Positions 16,198-24,825 of a stretch of DNA of 32,000 nucleotides are shown piece after piece; the first letter of the stretch is position 1, and every line of letters starts with the position of its first letter. A model generated the notes under the pieces. The model was given only the letters and a program-made list of their open reading frames with translations. It had not been told where the DNA came from and did no database searches. The stretch covers positions 166,871 through 198,870 of the forward strand of contig JBMYVL010000001.1 in the NCBI GenBank assembly GCA_049606355.1, in the 5' to 3' direction. Origin of the DNA: Opitutales bacterium (GTDB lineage: Bacteria; Verrucomicrobiota; Verrucomicrobiia; Opitutales; Coraliomargaritaceae). The position numbers and the translations under genes were made by a program.

Positions 16198-16569
16198 TTA
16201 AATATGCCGCGAGTCTGCCTCATCTTTCTCCGTGTAACCACTGTCCTGACGGTTGTGGTTGACCTTATTCTTTTTGACATAGGCCTCATACACGTCGTCC
16301 GGCGTCATCCCCAAGACTTGTGCCAGAGAGACTAAAAAGTGGAACAAGTCGACGACCTCTACCTTAGCATTCTGCTCGTCGAACTCTTGATATTTCGCCC
16401 ACCATTTCCACGGCACAGAGTCGATCAACTCGGCGATTTCCTGCTGCATCGCGCGCGTGTAATTGAGCACCCACTTCGCCTTATCCGCATCAGACATTTG
16501 TTCGGTATCGACTCCGATACGTTTATTGAGGGCGGCTTGCTGCACAAAAATTTCTTCCAACTTATCCAT
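16198..16569 (-). CDS. All-alpha NTP pyrophosphohydrolase (dimeric dUTPase-like / MazG-like)
   Basis: The start is MDKLEEIFVQQAALNKR. Other matching blocks are KWVLNYTRAMQQEIAELIDSVPWKWW, EVVDLFHFLVSL and NKVNHNRQ. This pattern of acidic helices (E..AE....D) fits the dUTPase_2/MazG all-alpha fold. I prefer the ATG at 16569 to the ORF-track start at 16602. Confidence 0.6.
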   Translation of the reverse strand: MDKLEEIFVQQAALNKRIGVDTEQMSDADKAKWVLNYTRAMQQEIAELIDSVPWKWWAKYQEFDEQNAKVEVVDLFHFLVSLAQVLGMTPDDVYEAYVKKNKVNHNRQDSGYTEKDEADSRHI

Positions 16570-16758
16570 GCACAGTAGGGGTAGGCGGCTTGGCACCTTC
16601 AAGCAAGCACGAACAACTTAACTCTTGCCGATACAAATTTACTGCCCTACTGCTTCAGCATTCTTCCATTGGCTCAAATCCGTACAGGTGCAAGCCGCGC
16701 CATTCGTGCGACGCGTCCTCACCCACTGGCCTCTGCCGCTGACTCGGATTACTAATGG

Positions 16759-17493
16759 ATGAAAACCACACAACGTCCCGCTACTCTGACTGCTCGAGTA
16801 CGGTCGACACCTAACCTAATCATAGAAAGCGATACAGATATGCCAGAATTCGAAGAAATTCAGCCGGATAAGAACCCGCAACACAGTTACACCCCCAGCA
16901 CCGATGCCAAACCACGCACGCGCCGCCGCAGCGGTGGCTTCAAGAAGGATTTAGGCAGTGCTCCAACTGGCACTATGGGCGAAATTGATCCTGCCGAAGC
17001 CCTCCAAGCGGAGCGCCTCAGTGGTGCGAACGCTGCCGAAACACCCGCACCGGCACAAACAGAGCCTGCCGCGACTCCAGCGGCTGAAGCTGCCAAAGAG
17101 GACATCCCTCAAGCCATTCCCGAACCGAGCGCCGAGACACTGGCTGCAATCGAGCGTGTCGAAGCGCGCCTGACGGCGCGTAAAGCGGAGCGCGATGCCA
17201 AGTACGCCGCACGCAAGAAAGCTCGCGATGCAGGCGACGCCGCAAGCCCCAAGAAAGGTCCACGAGCCGCTCAAAAGTCGAAAGCGAAGAAGGGCTTGCT
17301 CGCGACAATTTTAAGCCTTTTCGGCATCGGTACGAAAAAATCGGCCAAAGGCAGCAACCGTCGCGGTGGACGTCCACACGGTAAAGGGGGCAACCGCGGT
17401 GGGCAAAATCGCCGTCGCGGCGGACACAACGGCGGCAACCGTCGCCGCAATGGCAACGGTAATCGTCGCCGCCAACCCGCACGCCAGGACTAA
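16759..17493 (+). CDS. Intrinsically disordered basic protein with a short hydrophobic segment and an Arg/Gly/Asn-rich C-terminal tail
   Basis: This is the only long sense ORF in the gap between the dUTPase-like gene and murA. The composition is Ala/Pro/Glu-rich (AETPAPAQTEPAATPAAEAAKE), followed by a Lys/Arg/Ala helix (ERVEARLTARKAERDAKYAARKKARD). A hydrophobic patch (GLLATILSLFGIG, nt 17293-17331) precedes the tail GSNRRGGRPHGKGGNRGGQNRRRGGHNGGNRRRNGNGNRRRQPARQD (nt 17347-17490). An alternative ATG at 16840 (MPEFEE) has a GAAAG element 11 nt upstream. Confidence 0.55.
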   Translation: MKTTQRPATLTARVRSTPNLIIESDTDMPEFEEIQPDKNPQHSYTPSTDAKPRTRRRSGGFKKDLGSAPTGTMGEIDPAEALQAERLSGANAAETPAPAQTEPAATPAAEAAKEDIPQAIPEPSAETLAAIERVEARLTARKAERDAKYAARKKARDAGDAASPKKGPRAAQKSKAKKGLLATILSLFGIGTKKSAKGSNRRGGRPHGKGGNRGGQNRRRGGHNGGNRRRNGNGNRRRQPARQD

Positions 17494-17574
17494 CTGTCGG
17501 CGGGTCCACTCGGCGCTCCCCGCCCGACGCAGCCAGCGCACGCACCGCTACTTCAACTCAACACCGACTGCTCC

Positions 17575-18870
<1,296 letters not shown>

Positions 18871-18910
18871 ATAAAAAGTAGCGCTGTTTTTAATCTGTCT
18901 GCAAAACCGA

Positions 18911-19963
18911 ATGACCATGCCGCGCCCCCCTGATGACAATCCCAAAGGCGCCGATTTTATCGAGCAGAGCCTAGCAACTACATCGAGCCCGCAGGACTCG
19001 ATCTTGCGCCCCTTGTCCTTCGCGGACTTTGCCGGTCAGGCCAAGACGCTGGAGCGCTTACAGGTCATGGTGGGAGCTGCCCGTGAGCGAGGTGAAGCGC
19101 TCAACCACATCTTACTCAGCGGCCCGCCCGGATTAGGCAAAACCACTCTTTCATTAATTCTCGGGCAAGAAATGGGCAGCCAAGTCACGATCACTTCGGG
19201 GCCCGTGATTGACAAGCCGGCCGACCTTGCCGGACTGCTGACCAATCTAGGGGAAGGCGATATTCTGTTTATCGATGAGATTCATCGTATTCCCAAAACC
19301 GTGGAAGAATACCTGTACTCCGCGATGGAAGACTTCCGCATCGATATCATGATCGACCAGGGCCCCAATGCGCGCAGTGTGCGCCTTAATTTGCCTCGCT
19401 TCACTCTACTCGGCGCAACGACACGCATGGGCCTGCTGACTGCACCGCTGCGCAGTCGCTTCACTTTGCAGTCACGCCTCAGTTACTATGATCACGCCAC
19501 CCTACAGGGCATTGTCGAACGCACCTGCGGGCTACTTGAAGTCGACTACGACAGCGATGGTGCCGCCGAAATTGCGCGCCGCGCTCGTGGCACCCCGCGT
19601 ATCGCCAACAACCTTGTGAATTTCTGCCGCGACTATGCGCAGCAACGCGGCAGCGGCACGATCACCAAGGAAAATGCGGCCGCTGCGCTGGAGTTGCTGG
19701 AAATCGACCAGCGCGGCCTCGATGAAATGGACAAGCAAATCATGCGCGTCATTGCCGAAAGCTACAAGGGCGGTCCCGTCGGGCTGGGCACCGTCGCCAT
19801 TGCCGTTGGCGAAGAGGCGCACACCCTCGAAGAGGTCCACGAACCCTTTTTGATTCAGGAGGGCTACCTACAGCGCACGCCGCAAGGCCGCATTTTAACC
19901 GAAAAGGGCTGGCACATCGTGGGGCTAAAACCGCCAACGAAACCACAACGAGAGCTCCTCTAG
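18911..19963 (+). CDS. ruvB: Holliday junction branch migration helicase RuvB
   Basis: RPLSFADFAGQ is followed by Walker A (LSGPPGLGKTTLS) and Walker B (ILFIDEIHR). The sensor region (GATTRMGLLTAPLRSRF, RGTPRIANNL) and the C-terminal winged-helix region (EPFLIQEGYLQRTPQGR) are also present. Confidence 0.95.
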   Translation: MTMPRPPDDNPKGADFIEQSLATTSSPQDSILRPLSFADFAGQAKTLERLQVMVGAARERGEALNHILLSGPPGLGKTTLSLILGQEMGSQVTITSGPVIDKPADLAGLLTNLGEGDILFIDEIHRIPKTVEEYLYSAMEDFRIDIMIDQGPNARSVRLNLPRFTLLGATTRMGLLTAPLRSRFTLQSRLSYYDHATLQGIVERTCGLLEVDYDSDGAAEIARRARGTPRIANNLVNFCRDYAQQRGSGTITKENAAAALELLEIDQRGLDEMDKQIMRVIAESYKGGPVGLGTVAIAVGEEAHTLEEVHEPFLIQEGYLQRTPQGRILTEKGWHIVGLKPPTKPQRELL

Positions 19964-19983
19964 CTTCTTTGGTTCACTCAGCC

Positions 19984-22290
19984 TCAGTCGGCTGGGCCTG
20001 GGACGTAACGATAAAAGCGTATCGGCGCATCGGCATCTACTTGCACCGTCGCTTCGCTTAAGTTCTGCCAGTCAGCCAAATCCTCACTTTGCTGCAGTTT
20101 CAGACGCAGCGTCGCACTTCCATCCGACACGGCGAGGAGCTCGGAGCCGGTGCGTAAGTCACGTACCTCCTGCAAGGTTGGACGCAGCGACAGTTCTCGC
20201 CGATCCAATTCCGCCTCCGCCTCACGCAGGGACGCGTAGCGAGCATCACGAACCGCTCGCTGATTTGTTGTCGCCGATTCAACGGCGCCGGCCGGGCGCG
20301 GTACCGCCGTGGCACTGTCCGCTGTGACTCGATAGGCGACCTTTTCTGGGACACTGCCCTCTTTTAAAGTCCACGTAATCGTTCGTTCCAATCCGTTGTA
20401 AACCCCCTCGCTGGTGATACTGCCCACATCCAAGTCCACTCCGTCCGGAATATATTCAACCAAAGTGACGGCATCGCTGCCTAAATTTCCGATACTGAAG
20501 TCCCAGACGCCCGCACTACCGCTTTCCGCGAGGCGCTCTGGAGTCACTGCTGCTGCAGCTGGGAGTTGTCGGGTATTCTGGTGGGTCGCCTGTATCCTGG
20601 ATTCGATGCCGGCATGCGGTCCCAGTGAGGGCAGCTCAAAGCTCGCGGTAAATAGTGGATGCCATGTGCTTGTAATCGTCACGTCCGATAGCGCAGACCA
20701 GAGTTCCGACAAAAAGAGGGTCCCACGAATTCGTGCCTGCGGGGTAATCGTGAGAGAGGTTTGATAGCTCGCTTGATCGTAAATGGGGCCAAAATGATAA
20801 CGCGCCTGCCCTGCAGCGGCCGCGTCATCATTGATAGCGAAAGGCAGGCTTATTGGCGTCTCCTCGTCAGTTAAGCGAATCGAGCGCGGACGATTGCTGA
20901 GGCCCGACCCAACGACGTTCCAGCTATTGTGAGGGCTTACTTTTAACTCAATCGCATCACCCCGAACGCCAATATCCGCTTTAAAATCACCGCCTACGCC
21001 CGCCAACGGAGTGAGGTATGCCAGCTCACTAAGCTCATAGGGTAGCTCAAGCGTTGCGATATTCATCGGCGCATCCCCGAGTGGCGGATCAAAATCCTGG
21101 CCCATATCGATGACTTTTCCTACCACCGGAAAATCTCTGCCGCGGTTAATCGCCCAAACGCCTAAGACTTGTATTTCCAGGGCAATACCTGCTCCAGCCT
21201 CCAGCGGCATTTCTCTACCGTAATAACGGTGGTGCGCAGGCATCCCGGCACTACGGTAAAACTCCTGGTCCCCATCTTCGGTTTTTACTGAAATCGCGGC
21301 ATCGTAAGATGTCTGATCGGGTTCGTCTGCCGAAATGACTCGCTTCGAAACCTCCACATCCGCGGTCCATGGGATTCTGAGGCCTAGGCCAAAGCCGGCA
21401 AAAGCAGAGGTATGCGCATAAAACCAACGCCTGTCGTAAGTGATGCCTTTGGACCATTCATTGCCAACCGTAAAACCATTCAGCATTTTTTGGGAGTAGG
21501 TAGCGACGCCACTCGTGCCCTCTGAAAAGTTTGCCCCCGCCTCAAATGAATCCAGCCGTGTATCTTTGAGCGCAGCCCCCGGCGGGAGCGCCAGCTCCTT
21601 ACCGACTACCGGTTCATTTTCCAAGACAACCAGTTCGTGAGGAGCGAGCCAGGGGTCCAGTGTCTCGACCACACGGCTAAATTCAATCGTCTCCACAAGG
21701 GTGACGGGGCCACGGTCTTGCGAGAGTTCTTCAATCAATGCCGCGGCACCTTGGTTGCCAGCGTCCTGCGCCTCCGGGTACAGATTCAAATGCTCCCCGG
21801 CATCAATATAATTTTGCACGAGTACGTCGAGGTCCGGCAAGGGGTTGGGATCCACTGAAGTTAATTTATCTGCAGTAAAGCCGACTGCCCCGATGAAGTA
21901 ATTCTGGTAAAAGGCAGATCCATTGAGCACGTAAAAGTCCGTCGTTTTCTTGAGAATCAAGCGATCCGTCCATTCCTGAAACTCGGTCTCGGTCGTCCAG
22001 CCCGCTTTCACCACTCCTCCTGCTGCCTCCGCTGCCGCTAACGCTCCCTGCAGGCGATCCGTCACATCAAAGGCCGCCCCATCCAAAGCGCCAATAGTGA
22101 ACAGAATCCCCTCATTCGAATAAATGGGCGTGCCTTGAAGCTCCGCCAAGCTGCCACTGCGCAGCAATTGATTGACCGCGGCAGCCCGTGCGTCGGTGAG
22201 CCAAGAGCCTGCGATTAAGGCGCCGAATACGCACACGCCGCAGCGTAACGTCGGCAAGCGGCCCCAAGTACACCTAACAAAAGCTCTCAT
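19984..22290 (-). CDS. Large secreted protein of unknown function (768 aa)
   Basis: ATG at 22290. It has a signal peptide (RLPTLRCGVCVFGALIAGSWLTDARA/AAV). I recognise no catalytic motifs. A DUF11-like beta-sandwich stretch is present (TLVEYIPDGVDLDVGSITSEGVYNGLERTITWTLKEG). A charged helix follows (RDARYASLREAEAELDRRELSLRPTLQEVRDLR). The terminal beta module carries an S-x-DL-x-x-W motif (LKLQQSEDLADWQNL...IRFYRY). The ORF is long and uninterrupted and converges on ruvB with a 20-nt gap. Confidence 0.7.
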   Translation of the reverse strand: MRAFVRCTWGRLPTLRCGVCVFGALIAGSWLTDARAAAVNQLLRSGSLAELQGTPIYSNEGILFTIGALDGAAFDVTDRLQGALAAAEAAGGVVKAGWTTETEFQEWTDRLILKKTTDFYVLNGSAFYQNYFIGAVGFTADKLTSVDPNPLPDLDVLVQNYIDAGEHLNLYPEAQDAGNQGAAALIEELSQDRGPVTLVETIEFSRVVETLDPWLAPHELVVLENEPVVGKELALPPGAALKDTRLDSFEAGANFSEGTSGVATYSQKMLNGFTVGNEWSKGITYDRRWFYAHTSAFAGFGLGLRIPWTADVEVSKRVISADEPDQTSYDAAISVKTEDGDQEFYRSAGMPAHHRYYGREMPLEAGAGIALEIQVLGVWAINRGRDFPVVGKVIDMGQDFDPPLGDAPMNIATLELPYELSELAYLTPLAGVGGDFKADIGVRGDAIELKVSPHNSWNVVGSGLSNRPRSIRLTDEETPISLPFAINDDAAAAGQARYHFGPIYDQASYQTSLTITPQARIRGTLFLSELWSALSDVTITSTWHPLFTASFELPSLGPHAGIESRIQATHQNTRQLPAAAAVTPERLAESGSAGVWDFSIGNLGSDAVTLVEYIPDGVDLDVGSITSEGVYNGLERTITWTLKEGSVPEKVAYRVTADSATAVPRPAGAVESATTNQRAVRDARYASLREAEAELDRRELSLRPTLQEVRDLRTGSELLAVSDGSATLRLKLQQSEDLADWQNLSEATVQVDADAPIRFYRYVPGPAD

Positions 22291-22384
22291 GTGTTTGCTT
22301 AATAGGGAGATACATCAAATTGTCAACGCCCGTATCGGCCGCGCAGTTTCTGCTCCGAATGCAATTTGCTGCTTTGCGTGGACG

Positions 22385-22975
22385 ATGAATTGGACTATTC
22401 ACAAATCTATGGGTCGTAATTCCGTACATAAAATTAAACGTCCGCCGCGCTACTCACAGGCGGCCTCCGTGGTGCATCTTGAGGATGAACATGATCTTTT
22501 TGATCTTATTCAGCGTACGGAAAATCCCCTCCTTCTGATTCTGGAGGGGGTGCAAGACCCGCACAATTTAGGGGCGTGCCTGCGCACTGCCTCGGGCGCG
22601 GGCGTGACCGCAGTCATTGCACCCGTGAAAGGCTCGTGCGGAATCACTCATACGGTTCGCGACGTCTCCTGTGGGGGCGCAGATGACACGCCGTTTCTTA
22701 AGGTGAAAAACATCAGTGCACTCCTGCGCAAATTCAAAGATGCGGGGATTCAGCTCGTCGGCACCTCGGACCGCGGCAATGACTCGCTGTATGCAGTCGA
22801 CCTGAACCAACCGACTGCCTTTTTGCTCGGCAGTGAAGGCTGGGGAATCCGCAAGGTCACCGGCGAACTCTGCGACCACCTCGTCAACATTCCGATGATC
22901 GGCAGCGTCGACTGCTTGAATGTGTCGGTTTCGGCGGGCGTTTGCCTCTACGAAGCGGTTCGTCAGCGGCTTTAG
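22385..22975 (+). CDS. SpoU/TrmH-family RNA 2'-O-ribose methyltransferase (RlmB-like, short N-terminus)
   Basis: The SPOUT motifs are present: LILEGVQDPHNLGACLRTASGAGV, LLGSEGWGIRK and NIPMIGSVDCLNVSVSAGVCLYE. The ORF-track start at 22172 overlaps the divergent 768-aa gene. In-frame ATGs at 22385 and 22409 are more plausible. Confidence 0.85.
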   Translation: MNWTIHKSMGRNSVHKIKRPPRYSQAASVVHLEDEHDLFDLIQRTENPLLLILEGVQDPHNLGACLRTASGAGVTAVIAPVKGSCGITHTVRDVSCGGADDTPFLKVKNISALLRKFKDAGIQLVGTSDRGNDSLYAVDLNQPTAFLLGSEGWGIRKVTGELCDHLVNIPMIGSVDCLNVSVSAGVCLYEAVRQRL

Positions 22976-23036
22976 GCACGTTTTTTCTTTACGGACGCCC
23001 GCGTGAGTTCAGTTTCTGGGCTTCACCCTAGCAGTC

Positions 23037-24218
23037 ATGAGCCGAATCGATAGCATCCGCCCGAATACCGACACCATTATCGGCGAAGCCGAATTGGAAG
23101 AGCGCCTTCACGGCAAGCGTCCACTGCGGGTCAAACTCGGCGTCGATCCAACACGCCCCGATCTTACCTTTGGGCACCTTGTCGTCTTTAATAAGCTACG
23201 CCAGTTTCAAGACCTCGGCCATGAAGCCATCCTCATTATCGGCGATTTCACCACTTTGATCGGCGATCCGTCGGGTCGCTCCAACACCCGGCCCGTTCTC
23301 ACCAAGGAAGAGATCGTCGACAATGCGAAAACGTATCTAGACCAAGCCTTCAAGATTCTCGACGAGGACAAAACCACCGTACGCTTCAACAGCGAATGGT
23401 TCGACGCCATGGGCTTTGAGGATTGCCTCAAGTTAGCGCGAAAAATGACGGTGGCTCGGATGCTAGAGCGCGACGATTTTGCCAAGCGCTATGCCAACAA
23501 TGCGCCGATCTCGATTATTGAATTCCTCTATCCGCTGATTCAGGGGTATGACTCCTTAATCCTGGATGCCGATGTTGAAATCGGCGGCACCGACCAGTTA
23601 TTCAATATGCTGGTTGGACGAGCGCTGCAAAAAGATGCAGGGAAACAGGAGCAGGCAGTCATCACCATGCCCCTGCTGGTCGGTCTCGACGGCACGAAAA
23701 AGATGTCCAAAAGCCAGGACAATTACATCGCCTTTACCGATAGCGCGAAGGAGATGTTTGGTAAAATCATGTCGATCAGTGACGATACGATGTGGACCTA
23801 CTACCAACTCTTGCTTGAGTTCGATCCCTCGCGCATCGCAACGCTGAAAGCCGGTCATCCGATGGAGGCCAAAAAGCAACTCGCCTGCAGCTTAGTCGGG
23901 CAATTTCACTCTACGGAGGCGGCCACCCACGAGTTGCAGCAGTTTGAACAAGTGTTCTCCAAGAACAAACTACCCGATGACATGCCTACCTTTGCCTGGG
24001 CTGATCTCGTGCCGAATGGCGAAACCTGCAGCCTGATTGACCTCATGGCGGCATCGGGGCTGTTTGAAAGCAAAGGCGCCATTCGGCGCCTCATTCAACA
24101 AGGCGGTGTAAAAATTGACGGGGAGAAGCAATCCGACATCAATCTCGAGGTTGCTCGCTCCGGCGATGCGCAAATCTTCCAAGCTGGCAAACGTACTTTT
24201 TTCAAGGTCACTGGCTAA
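23037..24218 (+). CDS. tyrS: Tyrosine--tRNA ligase
   Basis: It has the class I HIGH-type motif (PDLTFGHLV) and the KMSKS motif (KKMSKSQ). The C-terminus has an S4-like RNA-binding domain (GAIRRLIQQGGVKIDGEK). The 393-aa length matches TyrS. Confidence 0.9.
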   Translation: MSRIDSIRPNTDTIIGEAELEERLHGKRPLRVKLGVDPTRPDLTFGHLVVFNKLRQFQDLGHEAILIIGDFTTLIGDPSGRSNTRPVLTKEEIVDNAKTYLDQAFKILDEDKTTVRFNSEWFDAMGFEDCLKLARKMTVARMLERDDFAKRYANNAPISIIEFLYPLIQGYDSLILDADVEIGGTDQLFNMLVGRALQKDAGKQEQAVITMPLLVGLDGTKKMSKSQDNYIAFTDSAKEMFGKIMSISDDTMWTYYQLLLEFDPSRIATLKAGHPMEAKKQLACSLVGQFHSTEAATHELQQFEQVFSKNKLPDDMPTFAWADLVPNGETCSLIDLMAASGLFESKGAIRRLIQQGGVKIDGEKQSDINLEVARSGDAQIFQAGKRTFFKVTG

Positions 24219-24295
24219 GCCGGGGGACCGCAGGGCTATTCACTTTTCGATACCTTTCTTTCACTTAAACACATTGAATCCAACCCAGATATACT

Positions 24296-24772
24296 ATGGC
24301 ACTCGCAGTCGGAACCAAAGCACCTGAATTCACTCTCAAAACAAAAAATGCCGACGGCCTTGCCGACGTCTCCCTCGCCGATCATTTCGGCAAGCAGAAG
24401 ACGGTACTGCTGTTCTTCCCGTTGGCATTCACCAGCGTCTGCATGGAGGAGATGTGCTCCGTCAGCGCCGGCATCCAAGACTACACACAGCTCAATGCGG
24501 CGGTCTACGGCATCTCAGTGGATAGCCCTTTCGCACTGGAGAAAATGGCCGAGGTCGATGCCCTGCAATTTCCCCTGCTGAGCGATTTCAACAAAGACGT
24601 CTCGGCGGCATATGACGTACTGTATGCCGATTTACTGGGATTCAAAGGCGTCTCAAAACGATCCGCCTTCGTAATCGATGAAGCCGGCACTATTATTTAC
24701 GCGGAGTCTTCCGATGACCCAAAGCAACTGCCTAACTTTGCTGCAATCCAAGCGGCGCTTGGACAAAACTAA
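24296..24772 (+). CDS. Peroxiredoxin (AhpC/TSA family, AhpE-like)
   Basis: The peroxidatic cysteine lies in the context [12 protein letters not shown], which closely resembles the AhpE-type FFPLAFTGIC. The N-terminus ([11 protein letters not shown]) is typical of the family. Confidence 0.85.
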   Translation: MALAVGTKAPEFTLKTKNADGLADVSLADHFGKQKTVLLFFPLAFTSVCMEEMCSVSAGIQDYTQLNAAVYGISVDSPFALEKMAEVDALQFPLLSDFNKDVSAAYDVLYADLLGFKGVSKRSAFVIDEAGTIIYAESSDDPKQLPNFAAIQAALGQN

Positions 24773-24825
24773 TCGACGACAGCCCATCGGCAACGCGCCT
24801 TACTGCAAACGAACACACGACCACC

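Noticed and set aside
16573-16652. 8-bp inverted repeat CAGTAGGG ... CCCTACTG separated by 64 nt in the dUTPase-like / RGG-gene intergenic region, considered as a possible structured RNA or operator pair
   Set aside because: The repeat is short with a long unpaired spacer. I can see no supporting secondary stems or known riboswitch consensus. It is compatible with chance in a 270-nt region.
17496-17528. GC-rich imperfect hairpin (GTCGGCGGG ... CCCGCCCGAC, one bulge) just after the RGG-gene stop, considered as a terminator before murA
   Set aside because: No U-tract follows it (GCAGCCAGC does), and the stem is bulged. It cannot be called an intrinsic terminator from sequence.
17018-17545. Several long ORFs (175, 107, 76, 72 and 61 aa) antisense to or out of frame with the RGG-tail gene
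   Set aside because: Repetitive GC-rich low-complexity DNA keeps many frames open. None has a plausible start context, signal or domain. The sense frame fills the intergenic gap in the same orientation as murA, though the coding status of this region still deserves experimental confirmation.
22172-22384. N-terminal 71-aa extension of the SpoU methyltransferase ORF
   Set aside because: It overlaps the 5' end, including the signal peptide, of the divergent 768-aa gene by 119 nt. It has no similarity to the RlmB N-terminal domain. In-frame ATGs at 22385 and 22409 give a sensible protein.
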